Made by a program: the position numbers and the translations under genes. A stretch of DNA of 54,130 bases from Girardia tigrina (taxonomy: Eukaryota), in assembly GCA_001938485.1 (NCBI GenBank), contig MQRK01200470.1:1-54130 (forward strand), read 5' to 3'. Positions within the stretch are counted from its first letter, which is position 1. Each line of letters opens with the position of its first letter. The notes beneath the pieces were generated by a model. That model was not told the DNA's origin. It saw nothing but the letters and a program-made list of their open reading frames with translations, and made no database searches. This document shows positions 10,549-22,989 of this stretch, one piece after another.

Positions 10549-12625
10549 ATGATAATATCACATTCGTGGAAAGATGCCAAGAAACAGAGTTGTGATAAGA
10601 AGGAAAAGAGCAAAAATACGATAGAGACAAAACGAATAATTCATATTGGGGACAAAGTGTTGATTAAGAAGAAAAATGCTACAAAGGAAGAAGTTCGGTA
10701 TATGGGTCCAGCCAACAGTAAAAAATCGAAGACATGAATGAAGTTATGAATTGGAGTTAGAGGATGGTAGAATTTTGGTCAGAAATGTTGAATGACTAAA
10801 GCCATATTAATCGATGGAGATGTGAAGAATATTTATTACGTTGATGTTTTTGTGTTGTTTGAATTTTGCATGTGGATATGGAATTGCGTCTCTCCTAATC
10901 AGATGGATGATCAATATTTAATTTCTTATAATCTGAAAATAATTTATTCAAATTTAGATTTAATATTCAAATTTTTAATTCATTATTTTTGTAAATTTTA
11001 AATGACTTTATTAATTTTATTATTGTAAATTTGTAAATACTTACAAAATCGAATTATATTTTTAAATGATAATAAAAGTAATTTTATTTTAACCAATAAC
11101 ATTTAAAGTAAATATTAGGTGTATAACTTAGTTTTTTGGATTTTCTAAGAGATGGTGTAACCTTTGTAATAAGCATTATTTTACAGTCGTACGTACAGAT
11201 TTTTAAATAGCTGAAATCGAGGCATTAAAATTAAGTAGGTCATTGACTTTAAATGCGTCATAAACCTATTTTTAATCACGTTTTAGCATGACAACTTTCA
11301 TACCAACAAAACAGCATTTGCGGGAATCACTACTTTTTTGCTTTAATCAAAAGAAAAAAGCTGCAGACAGTTTTCGGCTTCTTGAAGAAACTTATGGTCA
11401 ACATGCACCAACTCAACAGAGTTGCGAGAACTGGTATAAACGTTTCAAAAGTGGAGATTTCGACGTAAGTGACAAAGAGCGTTCCGGTCAACCAAAAAGA
11501 TTCGAAGATGAAGATTTGGAATCATTACTGAAGGAAGATTCTACTCAAACAGAGAAAGAGTTTGTAAAACAGTTACATGTTACTCAAGCAGTCATACGTA
11601 AACGTCTACATGCTATGAAAATGATTCAAAAAGAAGGAAAATGAATACCACATGAATTGAATCAAGCCAACATTGAAAGTCGATTACTGATATTCAATTC
11701 ATTGCTTACAAGACAANNNNNNNNNNNNNNNNNNNNNNNNNNNNNNNNNNNNNNNNNNNNNNNNNNTATTCAATTCATTGCTTACAAGACAACGAAGATG
11801 GTCGTTTTTGCATAATATTGTGACTGGAGAGGAAAAATGGATTTATTATGTTAACTCTAAACGCAAGAAATCGTGGGTTCATCCCAGCGAACCGTCTACG
11901 TCAACAGCAAAAAGAAACATTCATGGAAGAAAGGTTATGTTGTGCATTTGGTGGGATCAGAAAGGTGTACTGTACTATGAGCTGCTGAATTCGAATGAAA
12001 CTGTTAATGCAGAACGTTACCAACAACAGTTAATGAAATTGAACGATGCATTGAAGGAAAAACGTCATATTCCAGCCAACAAACAGCGCACAGTGATTTT
12101 GCTCCATGACAATGCTCGGCCACATGTCACAAAACAAGTAAAAAAAAGTTGGAAGCACTTAAATGTGAAATTCTACCGCATGCTTCCTATTAACCAGATT
12201 GTGCCCCATCAGATTATCATCTGTTCCAATCAATGCAAAGCGCTCTTCGGGACCAGCACATCAGAAACTACGAACATATAAAAAATTGCTGGAACAATGG
12301 ATCGCATCAAAAGACCAAAACTTTTTTTTCGATGGAATTCATAATTTGCCTAAAAGATGGTCGAAAGTCATAATTAACGATGGAAAATATTTTGATTAGA
12401 ATAAAACTTATTATGTCATATAAATAAACTTGTCTGTTCTGCAAAAAAATCCAAAAAACTAAGTTATACACCTAATATTTTAAATAAAATATATTGTTTC
12501 AAGTTATTTCAGATTTTGGATGAGAAATATTAAGCTTTGAGTGAAAGCATTAATACGGATTGTCATAGAGATGATTCAAATTGTGAATGTAATAAATCTT
12601 CTATCAAATGTGAGTTCTCTTAACA
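10549..12625 (+). mobile_element. 3' end of a Gypsy family A element: integrase C-terminus, PPT and 3' LTR (10821-12625, split by mariner)
   Basis: IGDKVLIKK...RYMGP...SYELELEDGRILVRNVE (GPY/F-type module); purine-rich GATGGAGA then TGTGAAGAATATTT; LTR ends GAGTTCTCTTAACA. About 442 bp once the mariner is removed. Confidence 0.8.
11115..12475 (+). mobile_element. Full-length inactivated mariner (Mos1/mauritiana-like)
   Basis: About 30-bp TIR TTAGGTGTATAACTTAGTTTTTTGGATTTT and TA TSDs. Transposase 11288-12399 has RFKSGDFDV, K*IPHEL, TGEEKW (first catalytic D replaced by E), HDNARPH, a frameshift and Y*PDCAPSDYHLF. Confidence 0.95.
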
Positions 12626-12689
12626 TCATTCTTTTCTTCAATTGTTTTATTTACACAAAAAAATTAATGTTCTATCAAGTGCACATCAA

Positions 12690-12880
12690 CTTTGTTGAAA
12701 GTTTTTGCGTCAAACAGTAATTATATAATCGATTATGTAATTGTCATTGGACGTATTTAAGCTTGGCAGCTAGGATCAAAAGTGTCTCAGGATGACGAAA
12801 TATAGTGACAAAATTTATTCATGGAAATAAATTGCAATAAAATTTGTTATCATAAAATGACGTATTTTAATTAATAAAAA
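12690..12880 (+). repeat. Penelope-like pLTR fragment, homologous to ~52005-52180
   Basis: Shared TTTGTTGAAAG...ATAATCGATTATGTAAT...CAGCTAG.ATCAAAA. The hammerhead region is collapsed to CTCAGGATGACGAAATATA. Confidence 0.6.
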
Positions 12881-13665
12881 TAATATAAAATTATTTTTTA
12901 ATCTTAGATTGTTTTACAAAAGATTGAAAAAAATTGAAGCTTTATTTTTAAACTCAAATCTTAATAATTTTGTCTGAAAAAATTTCAAATAAATAATCAT
13001 AACTAATTTTATTGAGATTTAAAAAAAAACAAATTCTAAAAATTTATTATTATTTGATAAAAAATTAAGATCAATATTATTTTTTTTATTTTCTTCAAAA
13101 ATTTAAGAGAGCAATTAATGAATTTTTAATTGGTAAGAAAATTATATATTTAAGTAAATAAATTTTGTGGTTGGAAATAAATTTTATTTTTATAGATAAT
13201 TTCATTTTTATATTTACCATTAAAATGAATAATTAATTAAAGTGATCTTACATAAACAATATTATCATGTTTAGAATGAAATTTAATAGTATAATCAAAC
13301 AACTGTGGGTGATCCGATGGATTGAAAGGGAATGGGATAATTTATTCTTTACTAAAGGAAGGTCAAGGAATAATAATAATAACAATTGTATCAGTTGACG
13401 AGATTCAGTTTCGATATAATTATTGTAATTTATTAAATTGAATATAATTACAAATAATATTTAATGCATAATAATATTTATAAGATAAAAAATCAGACTT
13501 AATCTTTTTTCGATGAAAATTATTCTTTTCCTTTTACTCAAATAATTATAAAACAGCGAGGTAGCTTTCGGGCAAAATTTTATTTGACAATAAAATTTTG
13601 CTTCACTAAAAATTATCATCAATATTAAAAATTCTGGATTTTATTATTAATATTAGCTGCTATAA

Positions 13666-13697
<32 letters not shown>

Positions 13698-13979
13698 NNN
13701 NNNNNNNNNNNNNNNNNNNNNNNNNNNNNNNNNNNNNNNNNNNNNNNTATATATATATATACATTTGTGCAAATTACATTAAAATTTTTACATTAATCAT
13801 TGTAGCTGTATTTTCAATTGAATTTGTATTCCCCTGTTGTTTCGTATTAAATCAATTTAAAAGACCCGCAATCCGATAACCTGTTGTGATGCAATAGAAA
13901 AACAAACATTCAGCAATTGTCATTTTACGTGTTATTGATATTGTCTAAATAGTTTAGTGATTTCTTTTACTCATTTCGT

Positions 13980-14470
13980 TCCCCTAGATTCCATAAAATT
14001 TTTTCTCTTGATGTTTTCTAAAGACATCAGATTACAAGCTCTTGGTCATGTCGCTACTGCGAATTGTTTTTTTATTCAATCCAAACATCCTCATATCTTT
14101 ATCTAATTCAATCCTTTATACTGGTTTACACTTGTGTTTGAACAAGTGTAAGATCCTAGCATAAGGTTCGTTTGTTTTGCAAAAGCTCTACACAATAAGT
14201 AAACGGTCAATATATCTCGACGCGGATACTGTTTACTTTTCTTTGAATATCGTTTAGCTCACCCCTGCTACGACGGTTAACACAATGTACAGATCAAAGT
14301 CTAACCTGATCATCATATAGACTTTATTATTGCACATGACTGCCCTTACTTATATAAGTAAGTCTTTTTATGAAAACAACCGTGAATATAGACCAAATTT
14401 TCTGCCCTCCCATAGTCGTAAATGAACAGCTACGAATGCGTTTGTTCAAAAGCCTTTCATCCGGTTTAGA
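13980..14470. repeat. Unclassified repeat; inverted homolog of 10003-10515
   Basis: Direct sequence comparison by eye. Confidence 0.8.
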
Positions 14471-14814
14471 TTTTTATCCTACATTATAAAAACACTTCAT
14501 TTTATCCACTGTTTTACTTAATTTTAAAAAACTAATTATCTTCACTGAAAATGTCATAGCTAAAGCACAAGGCTCTCTAAGTCGGACGATCATTAAAAAA
14601 CTTTCATCTTAAAATACTGAAATTTTCGTCAAACTGTATTTCTAAATCTTCCTATTTGATTTCGACATTTTAACTTTTCTAACACCAGTCACTGGAATAA
14701 AAACTTGCAATTTTATTCTATTACCACGAAATTTAGTGTACATATCATCACCTTCTACCTAGCTTGTAAATCCATGTCTGAGAATAATATCATTTTGAAA
14801 CATTTTGTAATCGC

Positions 14815-15277
14815 TGTTAAGAGAACTCACACATTTGACAGAACATTTATTACATTCACATTTTTGATCATCTATATGATAATCAATAGTATTGCTTTCA
14901 CTTAAATCTTTCACTCAATGTTTAATACTCCTCATTCCAATCTGAACTAACTTGAATAAAATTTTTTTATTTCAAATATTTAATTTAAATTTTATTGTTT
15001 AAAATAAAATTACTTTTATAATCTTTTTTAAACATTAATTTGATTTAATAATTTAAAAATTTACAAAAATAAAATCAATAAAGTCATTTAAAATTTACAA
15101 TAATAAAAATTAAAAATTTGAATATTAAATCTAAATTTGAATAAATTAGTTTCAGATCATAAGAATTAAAATATTGATCATCCATCTGGGTAGGAGAGAC
15201 ACAATCCCAAATCAACACATAACATTTAACCATGCAAACACTACACAAAAACATCAACACACCAAATATTCCTCACA
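14815..15277 (-). mobile_element. Solo LTR (Gypsy family A)
   Basis: TGTTAAGAGAACTC...ATTCCTCACA, 463 bp, TSD ATCGC/ATCAC (1 mismatch). Confidence 0.85.
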
Positions 15278-15916
15278 ATCACAATTGAGTTGTCCGATTC
15301 CATCGCATTTGAAACATTCGTTCAGTATTCGAGCCCGTTCCATTAAACGCATCGATGTTTGATGTGGTTTACTGCACCCACCTCTAATTAGGCCGTTAGG
15401 CTCAAAAAGGAAGGAATAGTCTACAGTTTATTTCCTTATTTGATATAGTCTTGAAACTGAGTGATAGTTTATTTAGATTTAATGAATGTGGAATTTTGCA
15501 AAGTTTTTCGGAGAAAATTAATGAAGAAAATATTAGTTCATCAAATTGTTTGAATAATCTTTTTGATGAGAAATGGCGGATAACGTGGAAGTCTCGTCTT
15601 TTTTATTAAACTTCCTTTTTTTCGAATTGATTATATTCCTTTTTCATTAAATTTATTTACAATAACTTCTTTATAATGTTCTTGTTAGTTGTAAGTTTGA
15701 GAGAAATAACCAGTTTTGTAGAAATTTAAAATTTTGTATGTTTTCACTCTCTTTAACTCTGTTCTTGTGAAGGTCAAATTAATTATCATTAAAAGATGAT
15801 AACAACTACAAGACACAAAATCCACTAATAGATGTAACAATTAGATTTATTTCAATAATAAATATTATCAAGACGGTTTTTCGCAAAACTGCAACATATT
15901 TATTAATTTTCTCCAC

Positions 15917-15949
<33 letters not shown>

Positions 15950-15952
<3 letters not shown>

Positions 15953-17943
15953 GGCTTAAATGCATGATAAAAGATTGAATCTAATTTGTTTTAATATTCA
16001 CGGATTTTATTCCTTTGAGCGCGTTATTGAAATTGTTAAATAAACGTTTGTGCGTGTATTCATTTATTCATTATTATTCGTGCTACATACTATCTTGGCA
16101 TGACGGAGATTAAATTAATTCTGGAAGTGTCGTCGAAGTTCAACGGGATCTATTCGGATGTCAATGTATTTTTCGATAAGTTTGAACTTGTATATTCAAT
16201 CCGAAGCTGCGACAAATTGGGAAAAATAGTACCGCTGCTATTTTATGATGAAGCGTACAACGTGTACGCAAACTTATCCGACGAAATCAAGGAGTCGTAC
16301 GAGAAAATCAAACTGGCACTGAAAAATGCATTTGGAATATCAAAAATTGCCACATATCGTAAGTTAATTACTAAACATATCGACAGGGGGAATCTGTAGA
16401 TGTATACTACAATTCAATAAAGTCACTTGGAAAAACCAGTGGAGATATAATCATGATAGCCTTCATCAACGGTCTACCTGCGCGTGTGGCGCAAGAATTG
16501 GTAAAAAAAGGAGTACACCGATGCCCAGCAAATGATCGATGAAAGTAGAAATTATTAGAAATTCACGACAGTAAGGAACTAGATTTCATCGGAAGTAATT
16601 AGACAAATATTACGGGAGAACGTGGTGGTGTAAGTGCTGGCCACTCTTATGCCTATAAAGTGCCGCAAAGGTTCAATGAACGTAGTGTTGTGGCGAAAGT
16701 TAGCCGCCAGAAAAGCTTTCATCAGCCATATAATCAAACAAGATGTTTCAAGTGTAATGCGGTTGGGCACATCGCAAGAAATTGTTCGAGAAAGGAGTTG
16801 GGAGATACAAATTAATGGGAACCGGTTGTATCTCGTCAAATAATGGTTCTATGATTTTTACCGAGGTAATTTATAAAGGTAGGCTGTTTAATGCATTGAT
16901 AGATACAGGGAGCAGTGTTAAAGGAGAGAGCACAGGCGCATGACGAGTGGATCGTAACACTAAATGGTGAGCTTTTAGGCAGAAAGAAAGAGAAAATTCA
17001 TATCCAGGTTGCTGGATGCAATGTCTTAACTGAGTGCGTGAAGGTAAATGAACTGCTTGCAGGGGTTGAGATAATCATTGGGCTAAACACCATAAATGAG
17101 TTGGGTGTGGTGCTGATTAGAGATGGCACGGCAACCTTTGGTAAGTTCAGTTGTGCGGCGGTGGTTAATAATGTCGACATGAACATTAGTGAGTCTAATT
17201 TTGTTGCACGGTTTAATGGTAAAAATTGGGAGGTTGATTGGCAGTGGAAAATGATATGAAACCGTCATGTGGCAACATGTATACTAATTATAGGCCGAAA
17301 CCTGAGGTTAAATGAGATTTCGAGCATGTTGTGGATGATTGGATAAGTAAGGGATATTTGGTGGTATATGATGAGAACAAATTAGGACAACCAAACGCTA
17401 CGATTCCCATTTTCGCTGTGATTCAAGAGACAAAAAACAAGCTGCGGCCGGTTATGGATTACAGAGCCTTGAATGAATTCATTTATGTCTATAGTGGGTC
17501 AAATCCGGTATGCCTCGAGAAAATTCGAAAACGGAAAACGAAGAGCAGCAGATTCGCACTCGTGAATTTGAAAGAAGTGTATCTTCAGATCAAGGTATCT
17601 GAGAAACTATGGCCTTATCAGACGGTTATTTATAAGGGACATGAAATGACGAAATTATTAAAATAATTTTCGATGATCTCATCTTTCTTATCTATCCGTC
17701 TTTGAATGGTCTCATTGGATTCTTTGAGCAGTCTCGCTACATCCTCCATCGACTCTCCGGACAAAACTAATTCGATAGATTATAATTGCTTTTTTATACT
17801 TTCTTCTTTTATATTTTCTTTATTGATTAACTTTTCACTTTGTATTTGATCTTCCGCCGATAAATTTGCGATTTCATCTGTCACAAAAGTGACGCTCCCT
17901 TCCTTTTTCTCTGTAACACCTGAGATTGTTCCTTGTTGTTTGG

Positions 17944-17987
<44 letters not shown>

Positions 17988-18037
17988 NNNNNNNNNNNNN
18001 NNNNNNNNNNNNNNNNNNNNNNNNNNNNNNNNNNNNN

Positions 18038-18091
<54 letters not shown>

Positions 18092-18794
18092 GAGCCGTAA
18101 ATAGACCAGCTGGAAACGGCGTCGTAGACAGAAATCATAGGTGGATTAAATCCATAGCTGAGAGAACAGGATAGTCAATTGAAACCGCTGTTTACTGGTA
18201 TAACAACACCCCTAATGAAAGCGGAATAATACCAAATGTTTCAATTTTTAATTATGATATCAGAGAACCAAACCTTTTAAACAATAAGGTTGTGGATGAA
18301 ATCGCTATTAACACCAAATTCTCCATACGTTTTCGTCAAACCGCATATGAAGACAAGGTGTGCTGCAAGATGGACTCCAGGGGTGATTACGGGTTACAAA
18401 TCGGATCAAACATACATATTGGAAACAAACAACGATTGTTTTCCGCGTCACGTCGCGGATCTTCGACCCGGCGGGAAGAGGAAGTCCACGGACTACCACC
18501 GGAAACATCAGAAAACAACATCGATGAAAGCCCAAGATTGACAGATGCAGTCGAAGGAGGTGGTTAAGCAACCAGACGAAGTTTGAGAGAAACCAACCGA
18601 CCAGTCAGGTTCAATGACTACATTATGGATGAAGAATCGTACGATTCTGGTGGGGATGTGGATTAAATGCATGATAAAAAATCGAATCTAATTTGTTTTA
18701 ATATTCACGAATTTTATTCCTTTGCGCGCGTTATTGGTGTTGATAAATAAACGTTTGTGCGTGCACTCATTTATTCATTATTATTCGTGTTTAA
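15950..18794 (+). mobile_element. Ty3/Gypsy LTR retrotransposon (family B), degenerate, with 138-bp LTRs
   Basis: LTRs 15950-16087 and 18657-~18794; PPT GGTGGGGA. gag from 16100 with zinc knuckle CFKCNAVGHIARNC (~16744); protease ALIDTGS (~16893); RT start KLRPVMDYRALNE (17331-17640); integrase GNGVVDRNHRWIK...YWYNNTP (~18093-18480). Stops and frameshifts present; flanked by (TA)n. Confidence 0.93.
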
Positions 18795-18818
18795 TATATA
18801 TATATATATATATATATA

Positions 18819-20287
18819 CTGAGTGACAAATTTTTTAAAACACTTGTATTATTTAAGAAATAAAAGAAAGTAAACATTATTTTGAGTAATGAATGTAGAG
18901 AATCAAATAGTTTTGTCAAGTGTCATGTTTAGTATAAATGGAAATGGATAAAGCATTTTGTTTAAATAAATCATTTGAATTTATTTATTATGTAAAAATT
19001 CAAAGTCGACATATTTTTTTAAATAGTAAGATTTTTTATATTATTAAACGATTTGCCCACTTTAATTGTTATTATTTATAAATTTATAGATATTTTCTTA
19101 AATTCTAGACAGAAATGAGAAGTAATTTTGAAAGACATTTGGTAAGGAAGTGGAAAACGGAAGGGTTGAGTTATTCAGAGATTTCTAGAAGATTATCTAT
19201 TTCTATAAATTCGGCAATTAATCTTTTTCGATATAATAAGAAACGATGTCTCAAAAATTCAGGACCGCGACAAAAATTAACAAAAAATATGAAGCTATCA
19301 ATTAAGAGGACGATAGAACATTTGCAGTCAAATTTTCAAAAAATTAATTCGTCCAAATTGATTGCAGAATGTGATTTAAATTGTTCAACTCGGACAGTAC
19401 AAAGATATCTGAAAGCTGCAGGTTACAAATATCAAAAAATTAAATCAGAAATATCGTTATCAAGGAAGCAGAAGAATGATAGAATTGGTCATATTTCTAG
19501 ATGGATTAGCGAAAACCACAGTTGGGAAACGACAATGTTTAAGGTTGAGAAAAGATTCACATTGGATGGGCCAGACGATTGGGGAACATATGTACAAAAA
19601 AATCAAAAATATATTCATCAAAAGCGACAATGTAATGGGGGTAGTGTTATGGTCTGGATGATGGTTCTGCCTAACGGATTTCTTTCATACAAAATCATAG
19701 AAGGAAAATTCGGATCTAAAGATTATAAGCAATTATGAATACATAATGCTATTCCTATCATAAAACTTAACTGTGGTGATAATTTATGAAAAAAAGTGAA
19801 ATTTCTGTGCTTAATTGGCCTGCGAAAAGTCCAGATTTAAATATTACTGATAACATGTGGAAGAAAATATCCGACATTGTTTACGATGGCCCTCAGTGTA
19901 AAAATTAGGCAGAATTATGCTTATCCATCAAAAATGTCATACACTTGATTAACTCATCTAGAAGACATATTGTTATCGAATTGTATAGGTCAATAAGAAG
20001 TCGGCTGTGCAAGATATTAAAAGTGAATGGAAATCTGTACAACAGTTTAATGTCCTAGAATAAATGTTACTGTTTTAAAAAATTTGTCGTTTTTAACTAT
20101 GCATGAAATTTAATTTTTCAATAATTTTTTTACCACAAATGCAATTTAATTAGTGCAAAATTTTTATTTACTTTTTCTTCAATTTTTTTTTACTTCAAAT
20201 TTAAAATAACACATAAAAATTTTAATATTTGTACATATCATTACGATATTAACTAAAGTGTAAGTGTGTTAAAAAATTTGTCGCTCA

Positions 20288-20288
<1 letters not shown>
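18819..20288 (+). mobile_element. Tc3-like (Tc1/mariner) DNA transposon, inactivated
   Basis: TIRs CTGAGTGACAAATTTTTTAAAACACTT / AAGTGTGTTAAAAAATTTGTCGCTCAG within (TA)n. ORF 19115-19738 has HTH regions, EKRFTLDGPD and GGSVMVW; downstream WPAKSPDLN. The first catalytic D is mutated and the region of the second is deleted. Confidence 0.92.
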
Positions 20289-20330
<42 letters not shown>

Positions 20331-21319
20331 TAATAAGCTGAGGTTATTATTCGTCTTGAGATAGAGGACAATTAAGAAAAAAGGAAAATGTATAAATAAA
20401 ATGATAATAGCTAATCATAAATAATTATACCGAGGTATTATCTCAAACTTCTGACTAATTTATTTGCTAAACCATCTACCTTGATGGTGAAACAGAATTT
20501 TTCGATCCATCTCTTGTCGTCTTCTCAACCATAAAATTTGTTCAGATTGTTTTTACCTCCCATTGCCACTATTAAGGACAACAATATTGATTTCCAAATA
20601 TTTATTTTATTCACAGTTTGAATTGTCTTTGACAATTCACAGTCAAGCTTTCATAATTTGACATCGTTCTAAATTGATACATTTTTGTTAATGTTTTGTT
20701 AATACACAATTATTCAAGCAAATTTTCATTTTAAATTATTCCTTACAGCCACGAAACTTAGCTAATTTAATAAATTATAAAATAACAAATTCTAAATTAA
20801 ACAGACATCATAATTGTATACAAAAAATATAATCACTATTTCAGTTATATAATATTTATTATTAACATTTAAGTATACATAATTATTAATCATTATTTTA
20901 ATTTAAATATTTTAATAATATTTCAATATACATTTTTTAATCAATATGAAATATGCTACATTCTCACAATAATTTAGTCGAATAATTATTTTTTTCAACA
21001 TTTACGGAATTGACAATTATCAACGACTGGTCGAGTTTCAAATTTGTTTATATTTATATTTGCGTCATTTATGTTGACAAAATGTCCTGTAATTTTGCTG
21101 ATAGTAAATGTACAAATTCCTAAAAATGCTAAACAACAAGCGTCTTTCAAATATGTTTTATTTGTAGTAGAAAGCATTCTCATAGTTGCAATTTTATTAG
21201 TATTATTCAAAAGTTAAATTAACACAAAAAATGAAGCATTCAGAAATTTTCTTTGTAGTTTAATTATTATTGTACAACACTTCAATAACTTCTGTTTCAA
21301 CATGCAATACTTATTTTTT

Positions 21320-21680
21320 GGACCTTAGCCGTTGGGCCGTGGGTGCACACAATTGTGCGCAAGCTTTGTGGTTTGGCATTTTCATATTTTTAATGTCTCA
21401 GTAGACAAATAACCTTCCAAGTATGGATGGTCTTTGACTCCATAATTAATCCCCATTTGATATTTTTTTGCTTTTCAAGCTGTTAAGTGTTCACACACCC
21501 TCTTCACTCAGGTTGCTTTTGGTGAGGGAGCCGTTTTAGTCACCAGCCATACGACACTAAGACATGTTTATACGGTAACTATTGCAGACATGCTTGCCTG
21601 ACCTAACCTGAATAGTCAATGGCCCCTCATATTCACAATCGGTCACCCGTATAAATACTAACTCGGTCGTTGGTGTAGTG
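21320..21680 (-). mobile_element. Probable 5S rRNA-derived SINE (SINE3-like)
   Basis: Reverse complement of 21630-21676 contains GAGTTAGTATTTATACGGGTGACCGATTGTGAATA, resembling the 5S internal control region GGTTAGTACTTGGATGGGTGACCGCCTGGGAATA, followed by a GC-richer body. Confidence 0.6.
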
Positions 21681-21994
21681 TATTATCTACCTTTCTTATT
21701 ATTTTTGTTCGACGTTTCCACTTTTTTTTCTTCATTATTTTCATTATTTTTTATTATTTGGTTTGCCTATAATAATTACTCCATGGATAATTAAAGTATC
21801 CATGGAATAATATTAAATTAAAAAATCAATAAATGAAATAATATTCATTAATTTGACGATAACTTTTAAACACTCGGCAGCCGACGAAAATATACGAAAT
21901 TTTTGGTTATCCGGCAAAGAAAATAACGAACCCATACAACAAAAAATAAACTGTTATTTCTCATCAAACCGAAACAATGAAACTAATACAAGAA

Positions 21995-22110
21995 TTTTCT
22001 ATCCGATTCAAGACGAAATATTATCTGAAACTAGGTGAAATATTATCCGAATCTAGTCGAAATTACTATCTAAAATCAGACGAAATTTTTATCTGTGACT
22101 AGACGAAATT
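21995..22110. repeat. Degenerate ~21-22-bp minisatellite
   Basis: About five units approximating GACGAAATATTATCTGAAACTA. Confidence 0.7.
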
Positions 22111-22989
22111 AACGTAACATTATTATATTATTACCGATAGCTATGTACTGACCTACTTCACACTACTGTGATCCCAGTTACTTTTTTTGTCTTCTTGATC
22201 TTTCCGTTGAAGTTTGTTATCTATTAATATAATATTATAATAGATCTAATTGTTATCATTATAAATTTAAATCAAGCTATTGTTATTAGATTCGATTGAA
22301 GGACACTTTGTTTTCCAATCGAGTTTCATAACAGTTGGTAGCTTAACTTTGGAGATCGACAGGATCCAGTGTAACCGACTTCGGCCATTGATTACATTAG
22401 TATATTACAAATGACATATATAGCACATTGACTATTACGCAAGTTATCGAGTTTAAAAAAGCTTTAATATTATTGGAAAACTAACTCTGGACCTTTAAGC
22501 AAGGTTTTATATTTTGTATTCATAATACCTTAGTGACTATCCATGAAATAATGTATCAAAATTTTACATCAAGACTGAATATTCAGACTTACAATTTACC
22601 TTATCGTTTTTGAATTTTTTTTTAATTTGATCAAGAATCAAGATATTTCTATTTGAGTATGTACAACTCTTCTAATTTGGAGATGATGATTTTTATTTAT
22701 TCTCTAATGTACAATGATTCACACTCGTGACATTTAAATTTATTTTATTTAAATTTTGTTTGATAATTTTGACATACAATGAAGTTTTTGATTTATCAGA
22801 GAAATATCTCGATAATTTATTCGTCATAAAAATTACCCTCAAGTTAAAACCTGAGGAAACCATTTTTGTTAATTTTTTTCTAAAGTCACATGTTCCTTAA
22901 GAATATTGCAATTTTAAATTTGTTTTTATTACATTTTTATTATCATTGTTCATCATTATCATTTTTTATTTGATTTTAATTCAATTGAA

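Noticed and set aside
13800-15277. LTR 14815-15277 as the 5' LTR of an element continuing leftward
   Set aside because: It has its own 5-bp TSD (ATCGC/ATCAC) and no PBS, so it is a solo LTR inserted into unrelated sequence.
16087-16109. Resemblance of ATACTATCTTGGCA to the U1 snRNA 5' end
   Set aside because: Short, mismatched and same-sense, with no further U1 structure; likely chance.
21630-21680. Functional 5S rRNA gene
   Set aside because: Only ~45 nt of diverged similarity; the 5' half of 5S is not recognisable.
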